Below are positions 10,427 through 23,899 of a stretch of 61,975 nt of DNA, piece after piece; position 1 is the stretch's first letter, and each line of letters starts with the position of its first letter. Position numbers and translations under genes: made by a program. The stretch covers positions 1 to 61,975 of the forward strand of contig MU626383.1 of NCBI GenBank assembly GCA_025603075.1. The letters are read 5' to 3'. The stretch is from Neoconidiobolus thromboides FSU 785. Taxonomy: Eukaryota > Fungi > Entomophthoromycota. The notes under the pieces were generated by a model that did no database searches, was not told the DNA's origin, and saw only the letters and a program-made list of their open reading frames with translations.

Positions 10427-12337
10427 TTAAAGATTGGCTACTTGTTCCCACAATTTGTAAGGGTTTAATAAGCTTTCTTCAGTATAGAAGATTCTCTTTT
10501 TAGCTGGAATCCAAGTGAATTCTAAAGGTCTTGGACTTTTAGAATCCGAAGGTTCTGAATAAGCTTCTCTAGAAGTATAAGAAAGTGCAATTTTAAATGG
10601 TGGAAATTTAAGGGAGTCTGGAGTGCCTAAAAGCCCAAATCGTTGTAATTCCCATAAAACATAAGTAAGAGAATAAACGGTGCCACCTGCCAACGAAGCT
10701 ACTGTACCTTCTGTTTTTTTGTCACCGCCAACTAATACAGTTTTCACACCATTAACTAATTGTAAATTGTTGCTAAATAAGGTACAAGTGGAATAACATA
10801 CACCATTGGAAATGATAGTAATATCTTCTGGTTTGTAAGGAGATTCATTGTTATTCTCCTTGATAAGATCAGCGAATGGGTTGGATGGACAATCGTCAAG
10901 AAATAGTTGAGTGTAACTACCTTCACTACCACCACGTACAAATTTACGTCCTTTTAAAAATTCTTCAGGACTACTAAAGTAAGTACCATCCAATTTTAAC
11001 CAAGATTGAGGATCATGAAAACCTCCAGTGCCATTACTTGCCTTAACTAACGCATTAAAAATAGGACTCATTCTTTGATCGGTTCTAAAATATAATGGAT
11101 TCGATTTTGGGAAAAAGTACTCAGCTAACCAATATCCAAGACATATAATACCTCCTCCGTTATTACTTACATCAATTAATACTTTACTTACTTTCTTTTC
11201 TTTAAATGCTTTTAAGGCTGAAATAGTCTCATTAACAAAATAACTAACTCCTGCAGGCGCAAAAGTAGGCAAGTTCAATAAAGCAGTATCCTCTTTAATT
11301 AAATAACTTTGTACAAAAAAACCCTTAGTTAATGGATCATTAAGTCCTGTGCTACTTTTGGATAATGGAAGTTCCTGGTCAATTTTAGTTTCAATAACTT
11401 GCTTGACTTGTTGTCTTAATAATTCTGGTCTTTCAACATCTTTATTTTCTTCATTAAATGGAGAACTTTGACGTTCACTAGGATTAACTGAGCAATTAGC
11501 CTTGTAATAACTAGCAGTATCATTATAGCCAGTTGGCCCAGTAACAAGATAAGGCACTTTAACCCTTTCTTCATCATTACCAACTAAAAAAGTATAGCTT
11601 ACTTCGCCTTTTTCAGGTACAATAGCTGAAACAGTGTGAGCCCCATAAGTAACACCCCAAGTACCAAAGGAATTAATGGGTTTAGCTAAAGCTAAATTTA
11701 ATCTTGAATTACTGTCTCTTGAACCAGCAATATTCTTATCAGCATACATTTGAAGGTAATCCAATGGTAATTGACCATTAATTAAATTGATTTTTTTACC
11801 AAGGTATTTAGTAACATTGACACCTTTACTTAACCAATATTCTTGATAAGCAGGAGGGAATTTAACATTGGACAAAACTTTAACAATTTGATTACCATCC
11901 TCATCATGATAAGTAAATAGTGGAAATGGCTGACGAAAGGTAAAGAAGTAAACACAAGCAGCAGCATAAACGGTATGACCATCATGTAAAGAATTAAACA
12001 AATTGATAATATCACGATGGAAAGGAACTTCTTTTTGATGCTTTTTTTGACGAATTTCATCTAATCCTTTAATAATATTTACATTACTAGAGATCTTTTT
12101 TTCAGGTGAATCTTTTGCTATATCTAAAAAAGCATAAAATTCAGCTTCTTTTTTAAGTAGATCAATGTGCTCTTCAGCTTTCTTAGAATCTAAATCAATA
12201 TTATTTAAACATGCTAATGTCTCTTCATATGTAAAGATGGGCTTCTTGGAAATCGTAGCACATGGATCTTCTCTTATATCAGCTGCGTTGGACACTAATA
12301 CTAAAGCGAAGAAAGAGATAAGATTTAAAAGTTTCAT
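10427..12337 (-). CDS. Secreted S41-family (CPAF-like / tail-specific) serine protease, intronless
   Basis: Signal peptide; FNSLHDGHT (His), VLIDVSNNGGG and SNGVCYSTC (catalytic Ser) motifs typical of fungal S41/CPAF-like peptidases. Confidence 0.85.
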   Translation of the reverse strand: MKLLNLISFFALVLVSNAADIREDPCATISKKPIFTYEETLACLNNIDLDSKKAEEHIDLLKKEAEFYAFLDIAKDSPEKKISSNVNIIKGLDEIRQKKHQKEVPFHRDIINLFNSLHDGHTVYAAACVYFFTFRQPFPLFTYHDEDGNQIVKVLSNVKFPPAYQEYWLSKGVNVTKYLGKKINLINGQLPLDYLQMYADKNIAGSRDSNSRLNLALAKPINSFGTWGVTYGAHTVSAIVPEKGEVSYTFLVGNDEERVKVPYLVTGPTGYNDTASYYKANCSVNPSERQSSPFNEENKDVERPELLRQQVKQVIETKIDQELPLSKSSTGLNDPLTKGFFVQSYLIKEDTALLNLPTFAPAGVSYFVNETISALKAFKEKKVSKVLIDVSNNGGGIICLGYWLAEYFFPKSNPLYFRTDQRMSPIFNALVKASNGTGGFHDPQSWLKLDGTYFSSPEEFLKGRKFVRGGSEGSYTQLFLDDCPSNPFADLIKENNNESPYKPEDITIISNGVCYSTCTLFSNNLQLVNGVKTVLVGGDKKTEGTVASLAGGTVYSLTYVLWELQRFGLLGTPDSLKFPPFKIALSYTSREAYSEPSDSKSPRPLEFTWIPAKKRIFYTEESLLNPYKLWEQVANL

Positions 12338-13810
12338 TATTTATAATTTAAAAGCTAACTTTTAATTTAATCTATAACTTACTTAGTAGCTTTTTATACT
12401 ATAAATTTTTAGCATGGATTTTAAATATTTTATTTATTTGAATTTATCTTGTATTTATTTTGGATTTATTTTTATCATATTATTTCTTATTCATTCACCT
12501 GATGTTACTACTGACAAGTTCCATGCATTCAACTGTAAGCTGAATTTACTAAATTAAAATTCATATTAGTTGTTTCGAAAATATCACATCAAAGATCAGG
12601 GATAAAGTTTAAAATTTTGAATTGGAACTATTAATTATAAGATCATATTAACATGAAATAAGTCAACTTTTATCAATAATGGTAAAATTTTGATTTATAG
12701 TTCAGATAAATTTAGAATAATTCAGAAATCATATTATATTTGTTATCACTTAGATGCATATTCTTTTTGTTTTATTAACTCATCTTACTTTCTTTATGTT
12801 AGAATTGAATATACTTTCTTAGTTTATTTTGGATTTAATTACAATTGTTTTGTTCTTTACTCAATTACGAAATAAGGATTGTTAATTATATTATAGCTTT
12901 TGATTATTGTATTATGTATCTATTGCTATTTCTTGATTATTTTAATTATTTTAGATGTTATTTTAGGCAGATTTGTCATTCCTTTTTAGCTTGTGTTTTA
13001 TAAGTAAAAGTATATATAGTTTTATATTAAGTTTTGAAGTAGACTTAATATTTAACCAAATAAAAATAAACTATAAGCATGTAGAAAAGTAATAAATTAG
13101 TTAAAATATTAAACAAAGAAAAATGAATAACTTCAATTTTAAATAACATTTGTTTAATCTAATAAGACTTAGTAATGATTGAATTTATAAAAATTATTTT
13201 TTATTTGAATTCTATTATCTTTGATTATAAAATATTTAATAGGAATGAACTCGTTTATTATCTTGATAGCTTGATAGCTTGATACGTATTTTAGAAAAAT
13301 AAAGCTTATATGTAGATGCATTTGTTTAAGAGTTTTATTAGCAATTATTCTACTCAAATAGCGCTTGAGAAATGAAAAAAGTCATAAAGTCAAAAAAAAC
13401 TCATATCATATTACCAGTTGATTGTCCTTAAGCTTATCTAAATTGATTTATTTTCGATTATTTCAAATTAATATAAATTTTATAATCTTAGTTTTCTATT
13501 GAAATTTTAATAATTGATCATAGCTTTTAATATCAGATAAATTTGATATATTGTTTTTTATCAAGAGTGATTTAAAGAGTATTTTGAATCATGATTGTAT
13601 TTTGAGTTCTATTTGGTTGAATTTGAAGCTTACTTTAAGATAACTCTATACTTATTAAATAATAATAAGTTAGTAAGTTAATAAGTTAATAAGTTAATAA
13701 GTTAAAACTGTTCATAATATTGTCTATTTGAAATCAATAAATCAGTCAATGATAATATTTAACTTATTAGCAAAAAACAATAAAATATAGAAAGTTAAAA
13801 CATAATTTTA

Positions 13811-14771
13811 TTAATTTGAAATACTTTTAGGTGAATCAAAATACTCAAATTTACCATTTGGATAAACAGCACGTGTATAAGAATCTGTGAATTCTAACGC
13901 AGCTAAATGACCACCATCATAATAGGAGGAAATAGCTACATCAATAAGTATAGCACGATTATTACAACGAGTCGTAATCTTATTATCCTTCTGAATAGTA
14001 TGTCCCATTACCATTCTTTTAGCACCTAAGTTATCTAATGCTTTAGTTAATTTAGAACAAACCTCATCTTCATCATCTTTAGCATAACCACGATACCAAA
14101 GTGGACCATCCCCTTTTTGAGTAAATATACTCCGTTTACTTAATTGACTAGCAGAATCTAATAACAAATACTCATGGGATTCTTTATTCAAACCTTCCAC
14201 TTTCTTTTTTGACCAATCTAAATTGACACCACCATGGCAGAAGATAGTATCGTGGACTTTGGCAGTAACGTTAAGATTTCTCAAATATTGTCCAATGACA
14301 CCCGATTTACTGAATTCTTCCTTACGCTTTTTTTCACTTCCAAAATTAGCTATATCTTCTTCGGATACATCTTTATAGTTCTCAGACAAATTCATGGTCT
14401 CATGATTACCCAGTAAGGGGATAAACAAACCACTTTTAGAGGCTGCATCTTGACGAAGTTCCATAAAATAATTATATATTTTTTTAGCATTGGGACCACG
14501 ATCAGTTACATCTCCCTATATTAATAATGAACATTTAATCAAATTGACTTTATTTAAAGTGAATTACCGTTTGTATTAAAGTGGTACTATTTCCTCCAAT
14601 CCATTTATTTTCTTCATTGATTATTTTGGTCATTTTTAATACCTTTAGCATATTTTCATAGTCTCCATGTAAATCACCTACCGCAACAACTCGATACTTA
14701 GAAGATTGACATACTACTAAGGAGTCGGAACCAAGTAAAAAGGCAGCAGCTAAAAGTGAAAGTAATTTCAT
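13811..14771 (-). CDS. Secreted Shelph metallophosphoesterase, copy 2; intron 14516-14567
   Basis: Signal MKLLSLLAAAFLLG..; GDLHGD, QT|GDVTDRG, GNHE, HGG, GPLWYRGY, MGHT, IDVAIS. Confidence 0.9.
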
Positions 14772-15527
14772 AATAGAAAACAATCTGAAGTAAATAATTA
14801 ATGAACAATCTCTTTATTTATTTATACATATTTTATATGCAGTATTAGAATTCTAATTTTGTACTTTTTTTTATCCTCTAATCGTTGAGTTTGAGTACTC
14901 GTGGAATTTTTCAAAATGTTATTCTGGAGTCATAATTTGATATTCGAGTTTTAGTTTAAATTAGTAAATCATATTTATATAGTGTTAAATAAAAAAAGGT
15001 GAACTTATTCTTTACATTTGTTAATCCATGTGTTAGCTTGGATTGATACATAGTTTATCTTTTTAATTCATTCACTTATTGCTAATTTTGTTAGTTATAA
15101 TTCCTGTATTTTTTTTGTTTATAGCCTTCTCTCATGTATTATCTTTATCAAACTTTTTAGCCCGTGTTTTATATAATTTCAATCAAAAAACCTAATCAAT
15201 TTTTATCAATTTTTATCAATTTCATTAGTGAGAAAAACTGAACTTTTCTATTAGTGTAGTTTTTGTTAAAATTAGCCCAGTTCTTTTTGATTGAGATCTT
15301 GATTAAAAAAGGAGGGTTACAATTAGAAGATTTTAATAGTCAAGACACCTTTTACTGGAGTATAGAATTAAAGTTCCAATTTGAATTAAGTTATTTAAAT
15401 TCAAACTAGTGAGATAAATCTATCATCTTGGTATGAAATAGATAATGTTTTAAAATATCTTTATTATTTTGATAAGAAAGTATATATACAGTTCCATTCT
15501 TTTGTTAAGCTATTAAATTAACTACAT

Positions 15528-15621
15528 AGGGATGTTTTTTTGGTTTTATCACTTTTTCCATTTTTTAAGCGCTATTTGAGCGGAAAGATTATTGATAAAA
15601 TTATTAAAAAGGTACATCCCC
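15528..15621 (-). mobile_element. MITE family copy
   Basis: AGGGATGT...AAGCGCTATTTGAGCGGAAA...ACATCCCC|ATAC. Confidence 0.85.
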
Positions 15622-16548
15622 ATACAAATTTCATAAATTTAAGTTTAAATCAAACTCAAATTTTAATAAATTAATATTGTATTTATATATAAAATGATAT
15701 ATTAGTTTAAAAAATAATTCATGTTGTATGATTGAAGAGTTAAACACCAGTACCTCTAAGATCAAATCTGTATTCAATTGATCATATTATTAGAGTTTCG
15801 TAAACTTCTTAAATTTATAAATCTCTTACACATCTTGAGCCCATGAGTTTTAAAAATTACTTAAATTTTTTAGTTATAAAATTTATAAATACTCTTATTA
15901 TTTATAAACAAAACATTCTACTGATTATAATAAATAAAGCGATCTAAGTTACTTTAAACTTGCTAGTAATATTTATATTTATATATATAATTTAGTGATT
16001 ATAAACTAGCACTTTTCAACATAACTCATCTTCTTTATTCCTCTCTTTCAATCTAATCCTTTCTCGTTTAATAAGAAGCTTTATTGAGATTAAAAACAAA
16101 ATGGACATCATTTGGATTTAAGCAACCTATCAAATACAAGAAAAGTTTGAATTCTGATTTTACACAGTTGTAAAGCCTTTTCTAGATGATATGGATCCTA
16201 GAGTTCACTGACTCCAGTATCTATCCTTTTATTTTGATCAATAAAACACTCCGAAAACAAGATTTTCAAAAAGAAAACATATATCATAATTGACAAAATT
16301 AACATTATTACTAGAGTATTAGATTTAGTTAATATTTTTTCTAAAAAAATTATACTTAAGGCTATTCAACATGAATCTTATTAAATAAAGATATCTACTG
16401 AAAGAAAATGAATCATTTTAAAAAAGGTAACTTCATTTCGTAACAATGCACTAACAGAACTATATTCTTAACTATTTTGAACTTACAATTCAAAATAGTC
16501 ATCTGTATACCATAGAGCTTTAGAGGTGGCTTAAATAAATTAACATAT

Positions 16549-16642
16549 GGGGATGTATTTTTTTAAGAATTTTACTAATAATTTTTCCACTTAAATAGCG
16601 CTTAAGAAGTGGAGAAAGTGATGAAATCAAAAAAACACCCTC
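16549..16642 (+). mobile_element. MITE family copy
   Basis: ATAT|GGGGATGT...TTCCACTTAAATAGCGCTTAA...ACACCCTC|ATAT. Confidence 0.9.
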
Positions 16643-16989
16643 ATATATAAAAGTTCTTATTCGTGATAGTAAGTTTACGTTAATTAAGAATAATAAAAAA
16701 TGAACATTCTATTTCAATCTATCAAATACGAGGAATTAATAAACCATGTTTATTAAATTATAAATACATATTAATAGCCGATTTATGAGTTACTAAAATT
16801 AGAATTTGAAATCTTGACATTCGATTAATTGTTTACAAATAAAGCTATACAGTTAATTTCAATTAAAGAATAAAATAAAATAAATAAATTACAATTTTTT
16901 AAAAATTTTAATATTCCAATGTAAAATAGATATAAATGATGAAGAAATATCAAACTTTAAGTTTATATTTTACTAATTTTTAAAAAATT

Positions 16990-17937
16990 ATGAATTTATT
17001 TTCCACTTTAATAGCTGCCATTTTACTTGTTAACAATTCCCTGGTGGAATGTCAATCGGATAGTTATCGCGTTGTTGCGGTTGGTGATTTACATGGAGAT
17101 TATGATAATATGATCAAAATATTGCAAATGACTAAAGTGATTAATGAAGAACATGAATGGATTGGTGGAAGTCATACGACTTTAGTACAGACTGGGGATG
17201 TAACTGATCGTGGACCGGATGCCAAAAAAATATATACTTATTTTATGAAACTTCGTCAAGATGCCTCATCTAAAGGTGGTTTATTTGTTCCATTGTTAGG
17301 TAACCATGAGACTAAAAACATGATTGAAAATTATAAAGATGTGTCTAAACAAGATATTTCTGCTTTTGGTTCTGAAAAGGAACGTAAGCAGGAATTTAGT
17401 GAATCAGGTATTATTGGTAAATATTTAAGAAATTTAGATATTACTGCTAAGGTTCATGACACTGTTTTCTGTCATGGCGGCGTCAATTTAGATTGGTCAA
17501 AAAAGAAAGTAGATGGCTTAAACAAAGAATTTCATGAACTTGTTTCGTCCGAAAGTAAGGGAGAATTAAAAGAGAGTGAAATATTTTCAAAAGAGGGCGA
17601 TGGTCCACTTTGGTATCGTGGTTATGCTAAAGACGATGAAGATGAGGTTTGTTCTAAATTAACTAAAGCATTAGATAACTTAGGTGCTAAAAGAATGGTA
17701 ATGGGACATACTATCCAAAAGAATAATAAGATAACGACTCGTTGTAATAATCGTGCTATACTTATTGATATTGCAATCTCTTCTTTTTATGATGGTGGCC
17801 ATTTAGGTGCCTTTGAATTCACAGATTCTTATATGCGTGCTGTTTATCCAAATGGTAAATTTGAGTACTTTGGTAAAGCTAAAGAGGTTTCAAATGATTC
17901 AGAAGGTCTAGAAGATCTAGAAGATTCAAGCGATTAA
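16990..17937 (+). CDS. Secreted Shelph metallophosphoesterase, copy 3, intronless
   Basis: 315-aa ORF with signal peptide and all motifs (GDLHGD, GDVTDRG, GNHE, HGG, PLWYRGY, GHT, IDIAIS); acidic C-terminal tail. Confidence 0.92.
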   Translation: MNLFSTLIAAILLVNNSLVECQSDSYRVVAVGDLHGDYDNMIKILQMTKVINEEHEWIGGSHTTLVQTGDVTDRGPDAKKIYTYFMKLRQDASSKGGLFVPLLGNHETKNMIENYKDVSKQDISAFGSEKERKQEFSESGIIGKYLRNLDITAKVHDTVFCHGGVNLDWSKKKVDGLNKEFHELVSSESKGELKESEIFSKEGDGPLWYRGYAKDDEDEVCSKLTKALDNLGAKRMVMGHTIQKNNKITTRCNNRAILIDIAISSFYDGGHLGAFEFTDSYMRAVYPNGKFEYFGKAKEVSNDSEGLEDLEDSSD

Positions 17938-18467
17938 ATTGTGTTTATAGATTATATACAATTGTACATCATTAGCTTATGATTTTTAAAAATAAATAAG
18001 ATCATTGAAACTGGATCTACATGAATAGTTTTTATAAGTCTATTTTACTTGTTAAATAACTAAGTTAGTATCAAATAAAAATATTAATATTCATAATATA
18101 AAAGAGCACGAGTTTTCTTTGATAGACTTATGTCCCAAATGTTTTATTAGCTAAAATAGAAACATAAATATTTAGGTAAACTTAAAAAACCATACCATTC
18201 GTAATAGACTTGTAAAAGCTAAACATAAAGTTTTCATTATCTTTATCTTCAACAAACTAAGTTAAAATAGCTCCTATTTTGTTTTTGACCCCTATAAAAG
18301 AATTTACTGAACAAGGGGAGCAACTAAATAAATAAAGTAATAAAAGAGGCAGTAGATCAAAATGAAAAGAGGAAATTTTTTATAAATCTACAACTTATAG
18401 AAAGGATTTAAAAAAATAATAGCAGTATTTTCGAAGTTCAGTATAAAATAGTTTTCGAAATGATAAG

Positions 18468-18657
18468 TGTGAAATATCGGTTTGTCAGTTCCATGGTTAA
18501 TTATAGCATAATAATCGCCTAAGCTGTTGTGTTCTCAAGTTCAGAGAAAATCAATCCCACGTTCTTAGTTTGATTTGCTATGAGAATTTCTAGCTCCATC
18601 CCAAAGGATGTTATCTTCTCATTTTGATATTTATAGTTTTGAGAGTATAAAAGAGAT
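18468..18657 (-). mobile_element. Truncated copy of the TGTGAAAT-ended LTR-like element at 61486-61947
   Basis: Starts TGTGAAATATCGGTTTGTCAGTTCCATGGTTAATTATAGCATAATAATCGCCTAAGCTGTTGTGTTCTC, the reverse complement of ~61760-61947 with scattered substitutions. Confidence 0.8.
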
Positions 18658-18667
18658 TTTAGAATAT

Positions 18668-18765
18668 AGGAATGTTTTTTTTGACTTCATTATTTTTCTA
18701 TTTTTTGAGCGTAATTTAAGCGGAAAATTTGTTAATAAAATTCTTAAATACAAAGACACATCCCC
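18668..18765 (-). mobile_element. MITE family copy
   Basis: ATAT|AGGAATGT...AAGCGGAAAATTTG...ACATCCCC|ATAT. Confidence 0.9.
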
Positions 18766-19521
18766 ATATTTTTGAAAATATTTAATTATTTAAAGTTAGA
18801 AAGTAATCATATTAAAGTATGATTATTTTTTGTCTTTTATTAAAAGTTAAACTAAAGTTCTGTTTAAATTATTTAGTTTAAAATACAATCTAAAAAATAT
18901 TTCTATAATAAAACTTGATAAAAAATCATAGGTAGCTTATTGAAATTCTAATACAGCTTATATCATTTAAAATCATTTAATTTTTTAGCTTTCTTTAAGT
19001 TTTTGAATAAAATTTATTATGTATTAAAATTTTGATTTTAAATATTTTATTGAATGTTTCTAATTACAGCTTTTCTGGACCTGGTAAAGCATTATATAAT
19101 TTTTACAAAAGTTTTTTTTAAATTGATTTTTAACTTTTAATTTCTAATTTTTTATACAGTATTAATATAGTATTATTATATCAAAATTGATATTTAATTA
19201 CAATAAAATCATAACGTTTTTAAACAAAAGTTATTGTTGTATCACTCATATTTACTTAATCTTAATTTAAAAAGTTTATAGTTTTATCAGTGTTTTTTTA
19301 TGAATTTTGCTCACTTTATTTATTATTAACTTTTTTTTTAAATTTTATAATATTTTTCTAATGCTTACATTATATATTATTAAATTTAATTTACTATTTT
19401 AAAATCTTAATCAGCTTTGATAGCTTAAAGTTCAATACTCGACCTTTATGAATTGTTAGTAAATTTAAAATGAAGCTTGCTTTATAGCTTTTAACTGGCA
19501 TTTTATTTTAGTTTTTATATT

Positions 19522-19620
19522 GGAGGTGTATCTTTTTGTTTGAGAATTTTATTAACAAATTTTCCACTCAAATAGTGCTTAAAAAATGAAAAAAGCAATA
19601 AAACTAAAAAAACTATCGCT
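19522..19620 (+). mobile_element. MITE family copy (degenerate right end)
   Basis: GGAGGTGTATCTTTTTG...TTCCACTCAAATAGTGCTTAAAA. Confidence 0.8.
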
Positions 19621-19675
19621 TTATTAATCAATTATTTAAAAATGCTTATTTCAAAACCTTTTAGCCTTGTTATAT

Positions 19676-19772
19676 AGGGGTATTTTTCTAGCTTCATTAT
19701 TTTTTCCATCTTTTAGTGCTATTTGAGTGGAAAATTTGTTAGTAAAATCCTTAAAAGCAGAAAAACATCCCC
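19676..19772 (-). mobile_element. MITE family copy
   Basis: ATAT|AGGGG...AGTGCTATTTGAGTGGAAAATTTGTTAGTAAAAT...ACATCCCC|ATAT. Confidence 0.9.
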
Positions 19773-20047
19773 ATATAAAACTTTTAACTTATAATATTAT
19801 CAATTTAGATTTTGTAATTCCTGAATTTTTTTGGAACTTATTGCATTTATTTATTATTATTTTAAACTTAAATTTATAATATGAGCTATTTATTTTAGTA
19901 GGTTATTTTAAGTAAATATATAAAACACTTAAAAAATCTGATCTTTTTGAATATTCCTATTTTATTTATACTACCTTAATGAAACCTTTTTCAATAATTT
20001 ATTAAATACTTTTTTATTTTAAACCTTCAAGTTGATATTTAGTATAT

Positions 20048-20143
20048 GGGGATGTTTTTTTTAGCTTAACATTTTTTTCATCTTAAGCGTTATTTGAGTG
20101 GAAAAATTGCTAGTAAAATTATTAAATACAAAAATACATCCCC
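20048..20143 (-). mobile_element. MITE family copy
   Basis: ATAT|GGGGATGT...ACATCCCC|ATAT, both ends intact. Confidence 0.92.
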
Positions 20144-20759
20144 ATATGTTTTTTTCAAATATCTCTTATTTTTGTTTTAATTCAATTTTTTATAATAAAA
20201 CCAATAATAGGTGTTTACAAAAAACATTGATTTGTTATTATAAAGAAAGAATTTACCTCCTTATTTTCGACTCAATGATATTTAAAAATTAGAAAAAAGG
20301 ATGAAGCTATAAAAAATACTTCTCAGCTATTTATGGAAGTCGCATTATTTATAAAAAGGTATAAAACAATGTAAATGATTAAGACGTTTTTTGTTTTAAT
20401 ATTGACTAAAAAAATTCACCATATAAAAGAAAAATAGGCAAATAGGAAAGATAATGTGATTATTCCTATCAACTTGCATTTATTTATATGCCTATTTGGA
20501 ACTGGTATTTACAAGAACGATAGTGTCAGCTTATATAAAATAATTATTTATACTGTAATATTTGCTAATTTCTATTAAATAGAGTTTCAAGTACAAATAC
20601 TTTTTAGCCAATTAAAAATCATAAAAATAAAATGTGAAGTGCCTTTTAAAAACCAATCAAGGAATAATTATAAGGAGTAAACTAGGTTGAAAAAAGGAAA
20701 ACAGACCAATAAAAAAATTCGTTCTATTTTTTTATTCAGTTACACAACTAATATTTAAG

Positions 20760-21845
20760 ATGATGGGAAGGAAACTCAAAGTGGATAAAGCGAATATAAT
20801 AGGACCATCAAGTAGTGATAATAATAATAGAAATATAAAAGCTAAGGCTGGTAGTAATATAACAATAATAAAGTCCTCCAATCATAGTCCAAGCAGTAGT
20901 ATAACTAGTAGTAATATTAGGGTCAGGTCCCCAATTTCTAATGTATCTAGTACTTCGGTACCAAAAGCGAATCCAATGAATATTATTCGTCCTGGGGTTG
21001 TTTTTAGTCCTGGAAGTGGCAGTACTATATCCACATCATTAAGTAGAAGGCCTTCAAGTAGAACATCAAGCACATCCAATGAGCAAAATTCTCAGAGGAA
21101 TAATTTAGTCAAAAGTCCAAAACCTATATTAAATCAACAAAGTATATTGGCGGCTATCAATTCAAAACTAATGGCCCATACTAATAATTTAATTGAAGAA
21201 GATTATTCTCATTCGGATGAATCAGAAAGTAAAAATTCGGATTTTAGTGATGAAGACAATTTTGATAAAGAGTTTGAAGAAAATTCGAATTCGGAAATTA
21301 ATTCGAACTCTAATTCTTCCTTTTCTACAGATACAGGAAATTTAGATAGCCTTGTTATTGAAGCTCGAGTCAATAGAAAAGTAAGTTTATTATTATTTAT
21401 TAAATGTTTTTACTTATAAAATAGATTTTAGATTTGGAGATATCAAACAAATCATTATTGGCAATAAATACAGTTCTAGAAGCAAAAGTTCGTAAACAAG
21501 GCGATGAAATAGAAACACTTAAAAAAAGTTTACAAGGGTAAAATTTTAATTCTTTTAATTAATATTTGATTTAATTAATTATTTAGTGTTGTCAATGGTG
21601 AGTTTATACCACTTCCTAAATCTGACTTAGATATTGAAGAAGTAAAATCCAATACTAATTTATTAATCATTACTAAAAAATTATTTTAGAGTGAAGAAAG
21701 TATAGATGATGAAGATGAACAAAAATTTAATCGAATATTAGCTTCTTTTGATAAGATGCTTAACGAAGGAAAAGGAGCTATTGATTTTACATCACATAAA
21801 AATAGTGGCAGAGTACTTCCAAGTCATACCTTGGATTCGATTTAA
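20760..21845 (+). CDS. Ser-rich protein with C-terminal coiled coil, uncharacterised fungal family; 4 exons
   Basis: GT-AG introns after 21380, ~21537 and ~21640 give ...LVIEARVNRK|ILDLEISNKSLLAINTVLEAKVRKQGDEIETLKKSLQG|VVNGEF...|SEESIDDEDEQKFNRILASFDKMLNEG...; the RKILDLEISNxSLLAIN motif resembles a conserved fungal hypothetical family. Confidence 0.75.
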
Positions 21846-22386
21846 AACTTAATTAATTTTTAATTGAAATCTTCAGTTTATACTATGTTTTAGCTAGCTC
21901 TATTAATTCCATCCATTTTATTTTATCATGTTTACTATTTAATCGCTTAATTACTTGAATCAAATTGATGAAGGTAGGTTAATTTGATTCAATGTATTTA
22001 TCAACCTTTGTTTAATTACATTGTTGTTTTTTGTATAAAACTTTATTTAAAATAAAGTTTCTATCTTTCTGTTATTTTAGTTTTCAGTTTTGAGTTCTGT
22101 ATGGTGTTTTGAGTTTTAATTTGGATGATTTGTGTATTTTGTATAATTACTCTAAATTGTTTGAAATCATATCTCTTATCAAATGTCAACAAAGGCTAGT
22201 ATAAATTTATCTCTAAACAATAATCTCAATAACTGATTTCATAGTTAATGAATAAGCCACTTTAAATAACTATAAAAAATCAAATTTTAAAAAACAAAGC
22301 ACTCCAAAAAGAACAATGAAATCATTAAAGCATTATTTAATTGCAGATTGATAAAATGAACGAACCGTTTTTAATAAAATTTAATA

Positions 22387-23014
22387 ATGATAATTACAAC
22401 AACAAAATCAAGTGGCTCCAATAATAATGAAAAGAAAACACATGGACCAACTTTAAGTTCCACAGTATTAGGATTTTTAGGTTTAACTACATTATACCCA
22501 GGAGGTGCTAAAGCGTTTTTGGGTCATACTTTGAACGCTACTAGAGCTGCTAAAATGACTAGAATAGGTAACTAAATATTAAATCTTAAGTAAAAGTAAA
22601 TTAATAATTTGAAGCTTCAATCACTTGTATCTATGCATTATCCTCCAATCTTTTAGAAGAATATCGTACAAACAAAAATGCATTTGATGATGATGATAAT
22701 GGCCATGATTTAATTCATCATAAACCTCAAAGGAAGGATGATATGTGGAACCCTATATTTGGTTCCTTGTTAGCAGGCGCAGTACTTCAAGCTAGAAGTA
22801 AACTTTATTTGTTATTTTTTTTTAAAAGAATAATTTATATTTAGGTCGAGTTGTAAAAAATATATTAAAAAGTTCTGGATTTTTTGGTATTGGGATGGGA
22901 CTCTATTGTATTGGTTTAGATTGGCTTGAGCCTATAATTCCATTAAAAAATTTCGATTTGGTTCAATCTTTAAATAATTTATTGGATCCTACAGCTTCAA
23001 ACAATAGAAAATAA
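22387..23014 (+). CDS. Tim17/Tim22/Tim23/Pmp24-family membrane protein; 3 exons
   Basis: Splicing (GTAAC after 22568, GTAAAC after 22798) gives ...TRI|ASITCIYALSSNLLEEYR...RKDDMWNPIFGSLLAGAVLQAR|SRVVKNILKSSGFFGIGMGLY..., matching the RxKDDxWN...GxLAGAxLxAR PRAT pattern; start codon uncertain. Confidence 0.65.
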
Positions 23015-23899
23015 GTTTTTAATTAAATAGAATTTTATTTAAATTATATGCTAGTTAATTATATGAAACAGAGCTAGAAGTTATTAATTTTATATTTTAA
23101 TTATTGTATAATTTAGATATGACCTGTGCTTAATCTTTACTTTAACTCAATATACTTTATAAAGTTTATTGAATATTCCGTTTTTTCAATTATTTTCTAT
23201 CGATCTACTTTATCAATTGCAATTTAGACAATTTAATTTATATTTTAACCAAGTCATTTATAAAGTTAGTCTAGAATTTAGAGTTTAATGTGGGATTTAA
23301 ATTATTTCATAAGAAATATAAAGGTGTATAATTTTACAATTGTTTTATAATAACATATTTTTTAAAATAATTAATATTGCTAATATAGATATTCACTTTG
23401 TGAAAAGAGTCACTAATTTTATCAACATAAATTATTTTCAGAGATAATGGAATTTCAAATCTAAATACTAGATTCCTAATATATGACCACTTTTTAAAAT
23501 TTAGATATTTATATTAAAAACAAAGGAGGTAATATCTGAATGATGAGAATCCTTTCATAAATAAAGTCACTGTATTATAAGAAAGTTTATCTATCAAATG
23601 AAATATTATGCTGCAAAGTAATATATATTTTTTCAATAATATAATTTATGGAACCTATAAAATGAAGAAACAAAACGATAGTTATATTATTTGAAATCTT
23701 TATTAATACAACGATATCTCAAAGAATATATATTTGAGAAACCAAAATCGTTATGTAAGCTATATGCAATAGCTTGATAAAAACAAAAATTAAAATTCAA
23801 AGTTTACAACATCAATAACTTTAAAGTTTAGAAGGACTAATAGAGAAGTTATTATAGTTATTAGCAGTATGTTACAATCGATAGACTCAGTAACAGAAT

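Noticed and set aside
12690-13357. Short ORFs in AT-rich spacers (12690-12875, 13169-13357; also 28079-28267, 48324-48527)
   Set aside because: Low-complexity I/F/Y/N-rich translations with non-ATG or weak starts, expected by chance at this AT content
20098-20292. 64-aa ORF and the 66-aa ORF at 53531-53731
   Set aside because: They start in or read into MITE sequence; no independent coding evidence
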